64,000 bases of DNA, taken from the NCBI GenBank assembly GCA_964587885.1, contig CAZPME010000008.1:1-64000 (forward strand), read 5' to 3'. A program made the translations under genes and the position numbers. The notes beneath the pieces were generated by a model. It saw nothing but the letters and a program-made list of their open reading frames with translations, searched no databases and had not been told where the DNA came from. This document shows positions 29,433 through 39,478 of this stretch, piece after piece; position 1 is the stretch's first letter; each line of letters starts with the position of its first letter. This stretch comes from an uncultured Candidatus Poseidoniales archaeon (GTDB taxonomy: Archaea > Thermoplasmatota > Poseidoniia > Poseidoniales > Poseidoniaceae).

Positions 29433-31178
29433 TCAACTAAACATTCCAGTTAGATGGCCACGCGCATCAATGTCCATGTCGTTGGCGGCTGGCACCTTAG
29501 GCAGACCTGGCATCGTCATCATTTCACCGAGAACGGCGACGATGAAACCAGCTCCTGCATTCAATCTAAATTCACGAATTGGTAAGTCAAATCCTTGCGG
29601 CGCTCCGAGTAAATTGGGGTCATGAGAAAAAGAATACTGAGTTTTTGCCATGCAAATTGGGAGGTGTGAATAGCCCCAATCTTCAATTTGCTTCCATTGT
29701 CGATTTGCTTTGCCGTGAATATTCAATCCTGCAGCACGATACAGATTTGTGGCGATTCGCAGTGCTTTTTCAGTAGCATCTTGGTCATGCTCAAATAGCG
29801 GAGTAAAAGGCCGACCTGCAGCCAAGTGTTCTTCGCATGCGACGACTACAGATTTAGCTAAATCCTTGCCGCCAGCACCACCTTCAGCATGGACATTGGT
29901 ACGAACCACAGCGCGTGCTCCAGATTCACGGGCACAATCCTCAAGTGCAGCGAGTTCTGATTCTGTATCGGTTGAAAATTGATTGATACTAACTATGACC
30001 GGGATTCCAAACATCATCATGTTACGAATATGACGGTCGAGATTGCTCTTTGCCCCTTCACGAATAGCGGGAACATTCTTGGCCGCAATCTCTTCAGGAG
30101 TTGGACGATATCCACCTCGTTCACCGAATGCTCCACCATGTAGTTTCATCGAACGAATAGTCACATTTATGACAACACAATCCGGTCCTCGTCCAAGTAA
30201 TGGTGCCTTAATGTGCATGAATTTCTCCGCCCCCATATCTGAACCGAATCCGGCTTCAGTAATGACAAAATCACTAGTGGTTAAGGCTAGACGGTCGGCG
30301 ATAATACTAGAATTTCCATGAGCAATATTTGCAAACGGGCCACCATGAATGAATGCTGTATCATTTTCTAGAGTCTGGACAATATTGGGTAGGAAAGCAT
30401 TGCGTAGCAGTAGAGCCATCGCTCCTGCGGCACCGATATCTTCGGCTTTAACTGGAAATCCATCACGGCGTTGGCCGATAACGATTTGGCCTAGTCGGTG
30501 ACGAAGGTCAGAATAATCCTTGGACAGGGTGAGAATAGCCATCACTTCGCTGGCTGCAGTAATATCGAAGCGATCTTCCCGAGCCATCCCATTGGCGGGT
30601 CCCCCTAGACCGATTGCAACCTGGCGTAAACTTCTATCATTTAGGTCGATTACCCGCGGCCAAGAAATCCGCGTTGGGTCAATATCTAACGCATTGCCGT
30701 GCTTCAGATGATTATCGAGCATGTTGGAAAGCAAGTTGTGAGCGCTAGTGACTGCGTGTAGGTCGCCGGTGAAATGCAAGTTGATATCTTCCATCGGGAT
30801 GACCTGTGAATATCCTCCACCTGCAGCACCACCCTTGATTCCGAATACTGGGCCCATGCTGGGTTCACGAATAGTACAGACAGCATTTCTGCCAATTCGG
30901 TTAATTGCTTGGGTTAATCCAATGGTTGTCACCGTTTTTCCTTCGCCGAATGGAGTAGGGTTGACCGAGGTTACTAGAACAAGAAATCCCTGCGGTTTAG
31001 AAAAGCGCTTTTCAAGAGCAGTCCAACGAATCTTAGCAATGCCATCTCCGACCGGAATCAATTCTTCGACTCCGATTCCCTGTTTCCATGCGATTTCTTC
31101 AATCGGAAGTGGTGTTGCAGCATTTGCGATATCGATATCCGATTGCATAGCATTGGGGCGTTGTTGGGCGGTATTCAA
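29433..31178 (-). CDS. fhs: Formate--tetrahydrofolate ligase (FTHFS).
   Basis: Hallmark 'PTPFGEGKTVTTIGL' nucleotide-binding motif; full-length (581 aa) collinear similarity to Fhs. Confidence 0.9.
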   Translation of the reverse strand: MNTAQQRPNAMQSDIDIANAATPLPIEEIAWKQGIGVEELIPVGDGIAKIRWTALEKRFSKPQGFLVLVTSVNPTPFGEGKTVTTIGLTQAINRIGRNAVCTIREPSMGPVFGIKGGAAGGGYSQVIPMEDINLHFTGDLHAVTSAHNLLSNMLDNHLKHGNALDIDPTRISWPRVIDLNDRSLRQVAIGLGGPANGMAREDRFDITAASEVMAILTLSKDYSDLRHRLGQIVIGQRRDGFPVKAEDIGAAGAMALLLRNAFLPNIVQTLENDTAFIHGGPFANIAHGNSSIIADRLALTTSDFVITEAGFGSDMGAEKFMHIKAPLLGRGPDCVVINVTIRSMKLHGGAFGERGGYRPTPEEIAAKNVPAIREGAKSNLDRHIRNMMMFGIPVIVSINQFSTDTESELAALEDCARESGARAVVRTNVHAEGGAGGKDLAKSVVVACEEHLAAGRPFTPLFEHDQDATEKALRIATNLYRAAGLNIHGKANRQWKQIEDWGYSHLPICMAKTQYSFSHDPNLLGAPQGFDLPIREFRLNAGAGFIVAVLGEMMTMPGLPKVPAANDMDIDARGHLTGMFS

Positions 31179-31214
31179 GTCTTGACCTTTGCAAAGTCTA
31201 GTTCACCTTCATTT

Positions 31215-31235
31215 CGCACCCCCTTAAGGGGTGCG
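31215..31235. other. GC-rich perfect hairpin CGCACCCC-CTTAA-GGGGTGCG in the flotillin-fhs intergenic region.
   Basis: 8-bp inverted repeat read directly; no adjacent T-tract. Confidence 0.3.
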
Positions 31236-31293
31236 GTGGAATAGATGAGTGCCACGGCTGATGGTATCAATTAGCGGCTGATGGGGCGAGATT

Positions 31294-32694
31294 TCATGCT
31301 TCGCTATTATCTTCCTTGACTGAACCGAGATAATCCGGCAATTCAACGCCAGCCATCTTGGCGACATCGTGTACCGGTGGAAGGCTTTGGATTAGACTTG
31401 AGACGAAGTTAGCAGTACTACCTCCGTCTCCACTACTACCTGAATCCCAAACGGTAATCTTGTCGATTTGCAGATTTGAAATAGCCTCGACCTGTCGGGC
31501 GACAATTGGTTCCAATTGTTCGACCATGAGTAAAGTGGCAGCAGCATTGCTATCGCCACCAGCGGCGGTAATTAGGCGCTCATATCCAGCTGCTTTAGCA
31601 CTTAGAACTTCGTTGATTCCTTCGGCTTCGGCCTTTTTGACTGAGAGAATAGCATCGGCTTCACCACGGGCTATTCGGCGAAGGCGTTCTGCTTCTGCTT
31701 CTGCAGCGATTTCCATTTGTTGCTTGGCGATTTCTTCACGGACTATTTCCTCGGCACGGAGGCGTTCTTGTTCCAAATCGTATTGTGCGGATTGAATTTC
31801 TGCTTCGGCCTTGCGCTGAGCAACCTCGGCACGGCGCATTGCTTCAGCTTCTTTTTCGGCCAACATTGCATTCGTATCAGCGATTTGTACCTTGGCGAGA
31901 TTTTCACCTTCAACGGCTAATGCTTCTTGTTCAGTGATGTAGACACGGCGGTCACGTTCAGCACTTTTCTGACCCTTCTCAGATTGGGCGACATTCTCAG
32001 CGACTTGGATTTCACGGTCGCGGTCAGCATTTGCCTTACCGATTGCACCATCGCGCTCAGCGCTGGCGACGTCGACTAGAGCCTTGTTCACGGCCCCTGC
32101 GGCGGCCTTCTTACCGATACTATCGATGTAATTAGATTCATCAGTAATGTCGGTGATATTGACGTTGATTAGGTATAATCCCAATTTGTGGAGTTCGGCT
32201 CCAACGTTATTGCGGATTAATTCAAGGAAGTTATCGCGGTCCTGATTGATTTGTTCAATTGTAAGACTGGCAACTGTAAGGCGAAGTTGCCCGAAAATAA
32301 TCTCCTGTGCCATTTCTTCAATTTGCGGTGTTGAAAGATGCAATAAACGCTCTGCGGCATTATTCATAATCAGTGGATCAGTACTCACACCAATTGTAAA
32401 CGTCGAAGGGACGTGGATGCGGATATTTTGTAGTGAAAGTGCATTAGTAAGAGGAATCTGAATCGTCATAGGTACTAATGAGATTTTCTTGTAATCCTGA
32501 AATAACGGCCACACCAAACGCGCACCACCGTGTATGCAGGCCGAAGCTTGGTTCTTTCCAACCTTACCAAAAACCACTAGAATTTCGTCAGATGCACAGC
32601 GCTTATAGCGTGTAATAAGTAATACTACTCCAAAAAATCCAACCAATATTGCTCCGCCAAAAATCGCTATTAACCAACCTGATGCATCCGCCAT
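31294..32694 (-). CDS. Flotillin-like SPFH/band-7 protein with an EA-rich coiled coil.
   Basis: N-terminal TM; SPFH domain; long 'AEKEAEAMRRAEVAQRKAEAEI...' Glu/Ala repeat typical of flotillins (YqiK/FloA-like). Confidence 0.85.
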   Translation of the reverse strand: MADASGWLIAIFGGAILVGFFGVVLLITRYKRCASDEILVVFGKVGKNQASACIHGGARLVWPLFQDYKKISLVPMTIQIPLTNALSLQNIRIHVPSTFTIGVSTDPLIMNNAAERLLHLSTPQIEEMAQEIIFGQLRLTVASLTIEQINQDRDNFLELIRNNVGAELHKLGLYLINVNITDITDESNYIDSIGKKAAAGAVNKALVDVASAERDGAIGKANADRDREIQVAENVAQSEKGQKSAERDRRVYITEQEALAVEGENLAKVQIADTNAMLAEKEAEAMRRAEVAQRKAEAEIQSAQYDLEQERLRAEEIVREEIAKQQMEIAAEAEAERLRRIARGEADAILSVKKAEAEGINEVLSAKAAGYERLITAAGGDSNAAATLLMVEQLEPIVARQVEAISNLQIDKITVWDSGSSGDGGSTANFVSSLIQSLPPVHDVAKMAGVELPDYLGSVKEDNSEA

Positions 32695-32703
32695 TATTTC
32701 ACC

Positions 32704-33327
32704 TCATTCTTCTTCAATTTCACCTAGTTCTTCGACAATTAGAATCGATCCGATTGAATCGACAACCTTGATGAATGTGCCACTTTGAATTAGTGCAGTT
32801 TTGTCCTTGGCGCGTGCTGACAAAGTCCGCAGACCCCCGTGTACAGGAACTTGCACCTCGCCGGTTTCACCAGGCTTGATGCGCGAGTAAACCGACCCTC
32901 TAGAGCCAACAGCATCGCTGGTATGCATAGTGCCATCGGTTTGCAAATTGTAAATCCCCTGCATCATTACTTTCATCGCGTAAAGCGAGCCTATGGCGGC
33001 AATACCACCTGCAAAGACTGCGAGCACTTCTGTTTGAGTCGACTTTATTGCATACATTCCAACCAAACCGAACATCATTATCGCGGCAGAGATACCCTGT
33101 AGAGTGAATAATTCGAATGACAGATCTGTATCAAGAGTTACATCGGCGTCAAAAACTGTATCAATAGCGCCACCGACAATACCTCCTAGAAGCATCATAG
33201 TCATCATGACGATAAAAAACCCTGCTCCAAAAATCGCACAGGATAAGAAAATTATCTCAAGGGTTGAAGGAGCATCAATACCAAGAATGTCCAGTATCCA
33301 CATCCTTCTCCCTACACCCTCACTCAT
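32704..33327 (-). CDS. NfeD-like membrane protein (partner of the SPFH protein).
   Basis: Multi-TM N-terminal part plus C-terminal OB-fold-like 'GETGEVQVPVHGGLRTLSARAKD...FIKVVDSIGSILIVEE'. Lies immediately upstream of flotillin, the conserved operon arrangement. Confidence 0.7.
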   Translation of the reverse strand: MSEGVGRRMWILDILGIDAPSTLEIIFLSCAIFGAGFFIVMMTMMLLGGIVGGAIDTVFDADVTLDTDLSFELFTLQGISAAIMMFGLVGMYAIKSTQTEVLAVFAGGIAAIGSLYAMKVMMQGIYNLQTDGTMHTSDAVGSRGSVYSRIKPGETGEVQVPVHGGLRTLSARAKDKTALIQSGTFIKVVDSIGSILIVEELGEIEEE

Positions 33328-33566
33328 CGTTGGGGCTTTGACTGTTCCGCCTTAGTCATCTCATCTTGCATATATTGTTTTAGCATTAATTTTTCATATA
33401 CAATCACTGGAGCCAAAGATAATCCAGCAAGAGTTGAGGCTACCCAAAGTGGTGTATTGGCGGCAAAGGCCAGTAAGAAAATCCATATCGGTAATAATAA
33501 CATGACTACGCGTTTAACGATTGGCCACATCCCCTCAAGTAGGTTATCAGACGGATCTTCCATCAT
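33324..33566 (-). CDS. Small 2-TM membrane protein (hypothetical); 4-nt overlap with nfeD.
   Basis: ORF with two hydrophobic helices; operonic position. Confidence 0.4.
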   Translation of the reverse strand: MMEDPSDNLLEGMWPIVKRVVMLLLPIWIFLLAFAANTPLWVASTLAGLSLAPVIVYEKLMLKQYMQDEMTKAEQSKPQR

Positions 33567-33575
33567 CGTAAGACC

Positions 33576-33881
33576 TCAGAAGAAATAGGTTGAAGCGCTC
33601 ATTACTATGAACCATAAGAGAATTATCCACCAAAATCCACGGCCTTGTTGCTTTTGCATGTCTTCATGAACTTCCTTGCTTACCTTGTTGGGATTATTGA
33701 GTAAGTCTACTTGTTCCTTTTTGAATACAAATAGACCTAGGACGAAACATGCCGCGGCCGAAGTCCCGAACAACGTTTCGACTGCTGCAGTAGTTTCGTC
33801 TAGAATCATGACAGTAATCCACATTTGTGTTGCGGCCATCAAGAACCAAACAAAGGAGCCTCGCTCAACAACGTTAGCCAT
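33576..33881 (-). CDS. Small 3-TM membrane protein (hypothetical), first gene of the nfeD-flotillin operon.
   Basis: ORF with three hydrophobic helices; 9-nt gap to the next gene. Confidence 0.4.
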   Translation of the reverse strand: MANVVERGSFVWFLMAATQMWITVMILDETTAAVETLFGTSAAACFVLGLFVFKKEQVDLLNNPNKVSKEVHEDMQKQQGRGFWWIILLWFIVMSASTYFF

Positions 33882-33990
33882 TGTATTGAGGAACGTACAC
33901 TCGCTTTTCCAAGTTTCCCTTCATTGTTCATCAATGCATACACTAATTACGCGTCGCTTGGTTCATTTACGTCCTTGCACATGGGTTGCC

Positions 33991-35019
33991 ATGACACAGG
34001 TTCGTTACGGCGTAGGCGGTGAGCCAGTGACTCATTCTCTTTCACCAATGTTGATGGGATTAATCGTTAGGCATCTTAGTGAAAATGCCATCGATATCAA
34101 ATCACGGCAGTTGCACGAAATCAATCTTGAAAGAATGGACGTAATACCTGCAACTAGGATTGAAGATGCCCTCGCATGGGGTTACGTAGGTGAATTACCA
34201 GGTCAGATTGTAAATTGGGAATCCACTGCTTCTCCGTTATCTGCATTTAGGGCACGAACTTTGATAGAGAGAATTTCCAAGTCAGTAACCGAAATAGTGC
34301 AAGAGCCCGACTCCCGCCTTGAACCCCTCGGAACCGCTGAATTACCTGTCAAAAATAAGAGAATACCAGGTGCTCCTAACGAACGCTGGCTATCGATAAC
34401 ATCACCGCTAAAACATCAGTTGTCAGGAGCGGCCATGAAATTTGTCGATGCAGGCAAGGATGCTGACTGCATCAATGCTCTGCGCTGGAATACACGGGAA
34501 TGGTGGGTGGCTTCGACCGATGGGATTGGTCTTGTTCACGTTGCTAATCATCGCGGAATTGATATTGCCGCAGGTGCGGTTTTAGATTTGCATGGTGGTG
34601 GTGGTGCGGCCCGTTCATGCGCTGCAGCATGGTCCAAAGCTGGGGGGAAAATTCGTTGGAGTGGTGGCCGTCGGGAATTGGCCGAAGATGGACCGTGGGC
34701 TAAATCGCTCTTGCCTGCCGAAAATCATTATGACGCAGACCTGAGTATCAATTTTGATGTCTCACCAGCGGTCAAGGATGACGTTACAGGACAGGGTTTG
34801 GTGATGATGGCCAATTATTCATTAAATGAACTGGAACTAGAAGCTAAATTCGAGGCACTTGCCAGTGAACCTCTAGATGGAAGGTGGCTTCTGTGTGCCC
34901 AACATTTGGCATCATGGAGCACACTTTGGTGCCCTAATCGTGCTCAGGATTTACCATCATTGGAATTATTGTTGACACGTCTTTTACATGCTGAAAACCA
35001 ATTGGCGGATTACCGATAA
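33991..35019 (+). CDS. aroE: Shikimate 5-dehydrogenase (AroE)-like.
   Basis: N-terminal 'YGVGGEPVTHSLSPMLMG' substrate-binding motif; Gly-rich Rossmann 'HGGGGAARS'. ATG 33991 chosen: the track's 33676 start overlaps the divergent upstream gene. Confidence 0.65.
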   Translation: MTQVRYGVGGEPVTHSLSPMLMGLIVRHLSENAIDIKSRQLHEINLERMDVIPATRIEDALAWGYVGELPGQIVNWESTASPLSAFRARTLIERISKSVTEIVQEPDSRLEPLGTAELPVKNKRIPGAPNERWLSITSPLKHQLSGAAMKFVDAGKDADCINALRWNTREWWVASTDGIGLVHVANHRGIDIAAGAVLDLHGGGGAARSCAAAWSKAGGKIRWSGGRRELAEDGPWAKSLLPAENHYDADLSINFDVSPAVKDDVTGQGLVMMANYSLNELELEAKFEALASEPLDGRWLLCAQHLASWSTLWCPNRAQDLPSLELLLTRLLHAENQLADYR

Positions 35020-35071
35020 CCGCTTATCAGCGACGCGAGAGATTCAAGGCCGTCCAATATTAGGCAAGTCT

Positions 35072-37870
35072 ATGGCGGACGCATCAAGATTTGCACCGAA
35101 TGGTTTTCCAATCGGTTCGTTTTTGGTGCTGCTAGTGTTACTAATCGGACCGCTGAACACCTTGGTAAGTGCTGAACCGAATGAATCCAGTGCCTTTTCT
35201 ACATCGCAAGATATCTCGTACTATAATACCGGTTTCCTCGAGGGAAACGTGAATATTGGTGAAGGAACTTCATTCTCGATTCGAATTGATTACCCGAGCG
35301 CTAATGGAAGTGGTGAGATGGCAGAAATGGCTTGGGATGGTGGACCTTTTCCGGTAGTTGTTTTCTTTGTTGATGAAGGCGAGGATACCGATAATTATGG
35401 CTGGATCACTCAATCTATTGCCAGCGCAGGCTTCATTGTAGCGACCCCCGAAGACCGCTGGGATAGTGACGAAACCGAGGATATTCTCGACGAGATGTGG
35501 GGTCTGTACACAGCCCTTACCAGCGTCAATCAATCTGGTTTTGAAGATGGCAATGAACCCGACAATTTCATTGGAGGATTTGACCTTGACCATTGGGGAG
35601 TTGGTGGACATGGTGTGGGTGGAGCATTGGCCGCTATTACCCAAGTAGGATGGGATTTTCGCATTGAAAATGATTCCTTCCCACCGCCCCGTGCACTCTT
35701 CGGCTTAGGGCTGGAAAAAGCTGATATGCCGTCAATTTCATCGCTGATGCCTCATGTTCCTAAACCATCCTATTCACTTTTTTTGACTGGAACGGTAGAT
35801 GATATCGCTCCAGCCCATCAAAATGTCCAAGTGATGTTGCAAAATTGGCCTGGCGGATGGCATTTTATGGAAGTCCTAGGTGCAAATCACTTACAATATC
35901 AGGATGATAGCACCTTCATCGAACGGTTATCTGATGGTAGTGCAACGATGAGCAAATCAGAACAACAGATCCACGCACTTGACCATGTAACCCCATATCT
36001 CAATCTTATCTTGAAGGGCGACCACAGCGCTTGGTTGGCGGCGAGTAATCGTGAGTCCAATGCCTCAGAACCATCTGACGTTGCTTCTTATTTGGAAGAG
36101 GATTTGTCTTTGGCTTCACTTCTTCATGTCGCCGATGCAGAAGGTCCAGGTGAGCCGGTAGAACTAGGTGAAGTGGCGAATTTTTCAATGGTGACGATGT
36201 ATAGAAATGGTGTTTTCATCTCCGCAAATGAAACTGGCTATTCCTTCACATGTAGTGTAATTGGGCATGAATATATCACAGTTAGCGGACAAATTGATCC
36301 ATCCACCGCTCGCTCAAAATGTTCCTTGGATTTGGATTCATTGCCACCAAATATGTACACTGTTCTACTGTCTGTGTCGATAAATGGAATGCCTGCCTCA
36401 CTTCAAATACCCGTGTTACGCGGCAATACAGGTATGGTTTTGTCCGACCCAATTCCAGCAATATTAATTGCTCAGCATTCGCAGACGATAGTTTCAGCCA
36501 GTGAATTTGCCAGCGACCCAGATGGCCAACCTATCAACTTTCACAATGCAACTTGGATGGGGGAAGAAGGGTCGAAATTTAACTTCAGTATCGCTGGGGA
36601 AAATATGACAATCGCCCATACCAGTGATCCGGAGTGGTTTGGATCGGCCTTGTTAGCGATAAATTTGATTGAAGCCAATACCGCCAATCCGGATATTCGT
36701 GGGATTGTAGTCCAAGTGAGCGTTAGCCCAGTAGATGACCAAGTGGTATCTCTAGGACAAATACCAAGCCATCAGATGGCTGAAGATGGGGAGCCCTTGG
36801 TGGTAGATGCTGGGATCTGGTTTTCCGACCCTGAAGGCGCAGAAATTGTTGTCGAAGCATATTCTAGTGATGCTAATCTTATTGTCGTGGTAACAGGCAG
36901 TAACCTAACTCTAACTTCAGTAACCGATTGGTTTGGTGCTGCAGTGGTTTTCTTGAATGTTAGTGATGGTACAACTGCGCCGATTTCTCAGACTTTTCCT
37001 GTACAAATTACTGCTACCGATGATGAGCCGAAATACAATTCAACGGCTTGGAATATTTCGATGGTGGAAGATGTGAATTCAATCATTGACTTAGCGACTT
37101 TGGTTTGGGACCCAGATGGAGTGGAAATGGATTATATTTTCACCGCTGATGAGGGGATTGGGGAGTTTGGCCTCCTAATTGAAGAAGGTATCCTAACCCT
37201 TCAGCCACCGGCGAATTGGTATGGTGAGTTAGTCCTAGGCTGGTTGAATGCTAGTGATGGGAATACCACGATTGGTTTTCCCTTACAAGTTAATGTCACC
37301 CCTGTGAATGATATTCCACAAGTTCAATGGGAGAGCGGGCAAGTCGAATTAAAGCAACTAAATATTGTCTATTCTTATCTAGACGCAGATGATGTCTCTG
37401 AGCATATCCTCCGCTTCCGAATAGATGATAGTCAATGGTTAGAATTACCTTCTAACTGTGAGCCAATGACCAATAAAATGAGTCAATGCACCTTTGAGTA
37501 TAATGCTAGTGAATTATCCCATGGAGGTCATTCAATTGAACTAAGCATCAGTGATGGCGGCCACATAAGTGAAGTCGAGAGGCAAATATTTACCATTGCA
37601 GAAGATGAATCTCAAGCTAGTGATGGTTTGGCTTCAATGGTTAGTAATCCAAGTACTTGGGCAGCAATAGTTGGGATATTAGTAGTCTTATTACTTAGTA
37701 AAACCTTGTTTTCAAGTAACCGCCGCCCCACTTTGGCAGGTGCAATCCAAGACGAATCTTCCGCAGCTCAAACGCAAAGTAAGGAAGTCATTGATATCGA
37801 TGAGCAACCATCGTCAAGTAGTGGCTCAGGATTGCTCGCCCGAGCCGAAAATTTGCAAGGCAAATCATAG
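35072..37870 (+). CDS. Membrane-anchored surface protein: N-terminal alpha/beta-hydrolase (dienelactone hydrolase/chlorophyllase-like) fold with the nucleophile Ser replaced by Gly, followed by cadherin-like modules, a C-terminal TM and a cytoplasmic tail.
   Basis: Signal/TM 'FPIGSFLVLLVLLIGPL'; 'PVVVFFVDEGE...AGFIVATPE' and 'GVGGHGVGGALAA' (a GxSxG elbow reading G-H-G-V-G); 'VTPVNDIPQVQW' cadherin-like; C-terminal 'WAAIVGILVVLLLS' TM. Confidence 0.7.
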   Translation: MADASRFAPNGFPIGSFLVLLVLLIGPLNTLVSAEPNESSAFSTSQDISYYNTGFLEGNVNIGEGTSFSIRIDYPSANGSGEMAEMAWDGGPFPVVVFFVDEGEDTDNYGWITQSIASAGFIVATPEDRWDSDETEDILDEMWGLYTALTSVNQSGFEDGNEPDNFIGGFDLDHWGVGGHGVGGALAAITQVGWDFRIENDSFPPPRALFGLGLEKADMPSISSLMPHVPKPSYSLFLTGTVDDIAPAHQNVQVMLQNWPGGWHFMEVLGANHLQYQDDSTFIERLSDGSATMSKSEQQIHALDHVTPYLNLILKGDHSAWLAASNRESNASEPSDVASYLEEDLSLASLLHVADAEGPGEPVELGEVANFSMVTMYRNGVFISANETGYSFTCSVIGHEYITVSGQIDPSTARSKCSLDLDSLPPNMYTVLLSVSINGMPASLQIPVLRGNTGMVLSDPIPAILIAQHSQTIVSASEFASDPDGQPINFHNATWMGEEGSKFNFSIAGENMTIAHTSDPEWFGSALLAINLIEANTANPDIRGIVVQVSVSPVDDQVVSLGQIPSHQMAEDGEPLVVDAGIWFSDPEGAEIVVEAYSSDANLIVVVTGSNLTLTSVTDWFGAAVVFLNVSDGTTAPISQTFPVQITATDDEPKYNSTAWNISMVEDVNSIIDLATLVWDPDGVEMDYIFTADEGIGEFGLLIEEGILTLQPPANWYGELVLGWLNASDGNTTIGFPLQVNVTPVNDIPQVQWESGQVELKQLNIVYSYLDADDVSEHILRFRIDDSQWLELPSNCEPMTNKMSQCTFEYNASELSHGGHSIELSISDGGHISEVERQIFTIAEDESQASDGLASMVSNPSTWAAIVGILVVLLLSKTLFSSNRRPTLAGAIQDESSAAQTQSKEVIDIDEQPSSSSGSGLLARAENLQGKS

Positions 37871-39451
37871 TGGAATATTGCCGTGTTTTTTACTCGGAAC
37901 GTGCTCTTTTTTGCTACGATACATGCGGAGAGCACGGCATAATCGAAGTCGGGATTCTTCCGGTTCAATAACATCATCAAGCCAACCATTTCGAGCCGCC
38001 ACATACGGGTCGCCGAATTTACGCTTGTATTCGGCGACTAATTCAGCGCGTACAGATTCACGCTCTTCATCACTAGCGGCATTTATTTCACGCCGGTGAA
38101 TGATGTTGACCGCGCCTTCTGCCCCCATTACTGCTAATTCAGCAGTCGGCCATGCGATGTTATAATCGGATTGTAAGTGCTTACAAGACATTGCCAAATA
38201 TGCTCCACCGTAGGCTTTACGAGTAACCATCGTTAATTTTGGTACCGTGGCTTCGGCATAAGCATAGAGTAGTTTAGCACCGTGGCGGATTATCCCGCCC
38301 CATTCCTGCACAACCCCTGGTAAAAATCCGGGAACATCCTCAAGAGTTACCAATGGAATGTTGAAAGCATCGCAAGTTCGAATGAAGCGGGCCGCTTTTC
38401 TCGATGCATCAATATCCAAACAACCGGCTAGAACTTTGGGTTGATTGGCAATAATTCCTACCGACATGCCATCCATTCGTGCTAGGCCGACGATGATATT
38501 GTCGGCATAAGATTCAAACAATTCCAAAAAGTCACCATCGTCGGATATCAACTCAATAATTTTCACCATATCGTAGGGTCTATTGGGGTTGTCTGGAACT
38601 ATTGTGGCTAATTCAGGAATCAATCGGTCGTTAGGATCACCGCTTGGTAATTCCGGAGCCATCGCCATATTGTGGTCGGGGAAAAACGACAAGAGGTCGG
38701 CGGCCATGAACATGGCTTCTTCTTCATCTTCAGCAATTTGGCATGCAATACCTGAACGCGAGGCGTGTAAATCAGCACCGCCAAGGCCATCGGCATCCAA
38801 CTCGCCAGCGACAAACTCAGGAGTCTGAAGTGGACTTGAGAGGAATAGTTGACCATGTTCTCGGCCCAAAATTGTGAAATCAGCCAATCCGGCAGCCAGC
38901 GCACTTACACCAACAACTGGCCCGAGTACAATACTGATGAGGGGAATCCGGCCACTACACCTTACCATATGGTCGAGCATTTCTCCAGTTCCACCCATTG
39001 CAGGGATTCCGTCATGAGCGCGTTGACCTCCACCATCCCAAATACCGATGAGTGGGATTCTCGCCCGCTCGGCCATCTCTACAGCCTTGGTAATTTTCTT
39101 GGCATGCATTTCTCCCATACTTCCTCCATGAATACTGAAATCTTGGGCAAAGCAAAACACTCTGCGGCCATTTATTGTTCCGTGGCCGGCGACGACGCCA
39201 TCACCTAGATGTTTGAGGACATGCAAGTTGTATTCGGTAACTCGGTGAGTTACCAAAGTATCGACCTCAATGAAGGAATCTGGATCGAGCAGCCAGCGAA
39301 CTCGGTCGCGAGCAGTCCCACGTCCACTGGCTCGTAACGCCTCAAGTCGCTTCATTCCGCCGCCCATTTCGGCTTCCTTGCGAAGTTGTCCGAGTTCATC
39401 CAACTTTGATTGGGTAGTTCCACCCGAAGGGGAGTTGGCCATACCCCTCAC
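37865..39451 (-). CDS. Acyl-CoA carboxylase carboxyltransferase subunit (propionyl-CoA carboxylase beta / methylmalonyl-CoA carboxyltransferase family).
   Basis: 528-aa protein with two crotonase-like halves; N-terminal 'LDELGQLRKEAEMGGGMKRLEALRASGRGTARDRV' typical of PccB-family proteins. Confidence 0.85.
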   Translation of the reverse strand: MRGMANSPSGGTTQSKLDELGQLRKEAEMGGGMKRLEALRASGRGTARDRVRWLLDPDSFIEVDTLVTHRVTEYNLHVLKHLGDGVVAGHGTINGRRVFCFAQDFSIHGGSMGEMHAKKITKAVEMAERARIPLIGIWDGGGQRAHDGIPAMGGTGEMLDHMVRCSGRIPLISIVLGPVVGVSALAAGLADFTILGREHGQLFLSSPLQTPEFVAGELDADGLGGADLHASRSGIACQIAEDEEEAMFMAADLLSFFPDHNMAMAPELPSGDPNDRLIPELATIVPDNPNRPYDMVKIIELISDDGDFLELFESYADNIIVGLARMDGMSVGIIANQPKVLAGCLDIDASRKAARFIRTCDAFNIPLVTLEDVPGFLPGVVQEWGGIIRHGAKLLYAYAEATVPKLTMVTRKAYGGAYLAMSCKHLQSDYNIAWPTAELAVMGAEGAVNIIHRREINAASDEERESVRAELVAEYKRKFGDPYVAARNGWLDDVIEPEESRLRLCRALRMYRSKKEHVPSKKHGNIPL

Positions 39452-39478
39452 ATGAGGAACGGGTTATTTGCCCTTAGC

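Noticed and set aside
33676-33990. Upstream 105-codon extension of the aroE-like ORF.
   Set aside because: Overlaps the divergent membrane-protein gene (33576-33881). The AroE family motif 'YGVGGEPVTHSLSP' sits right after the internal ATG at 33991.
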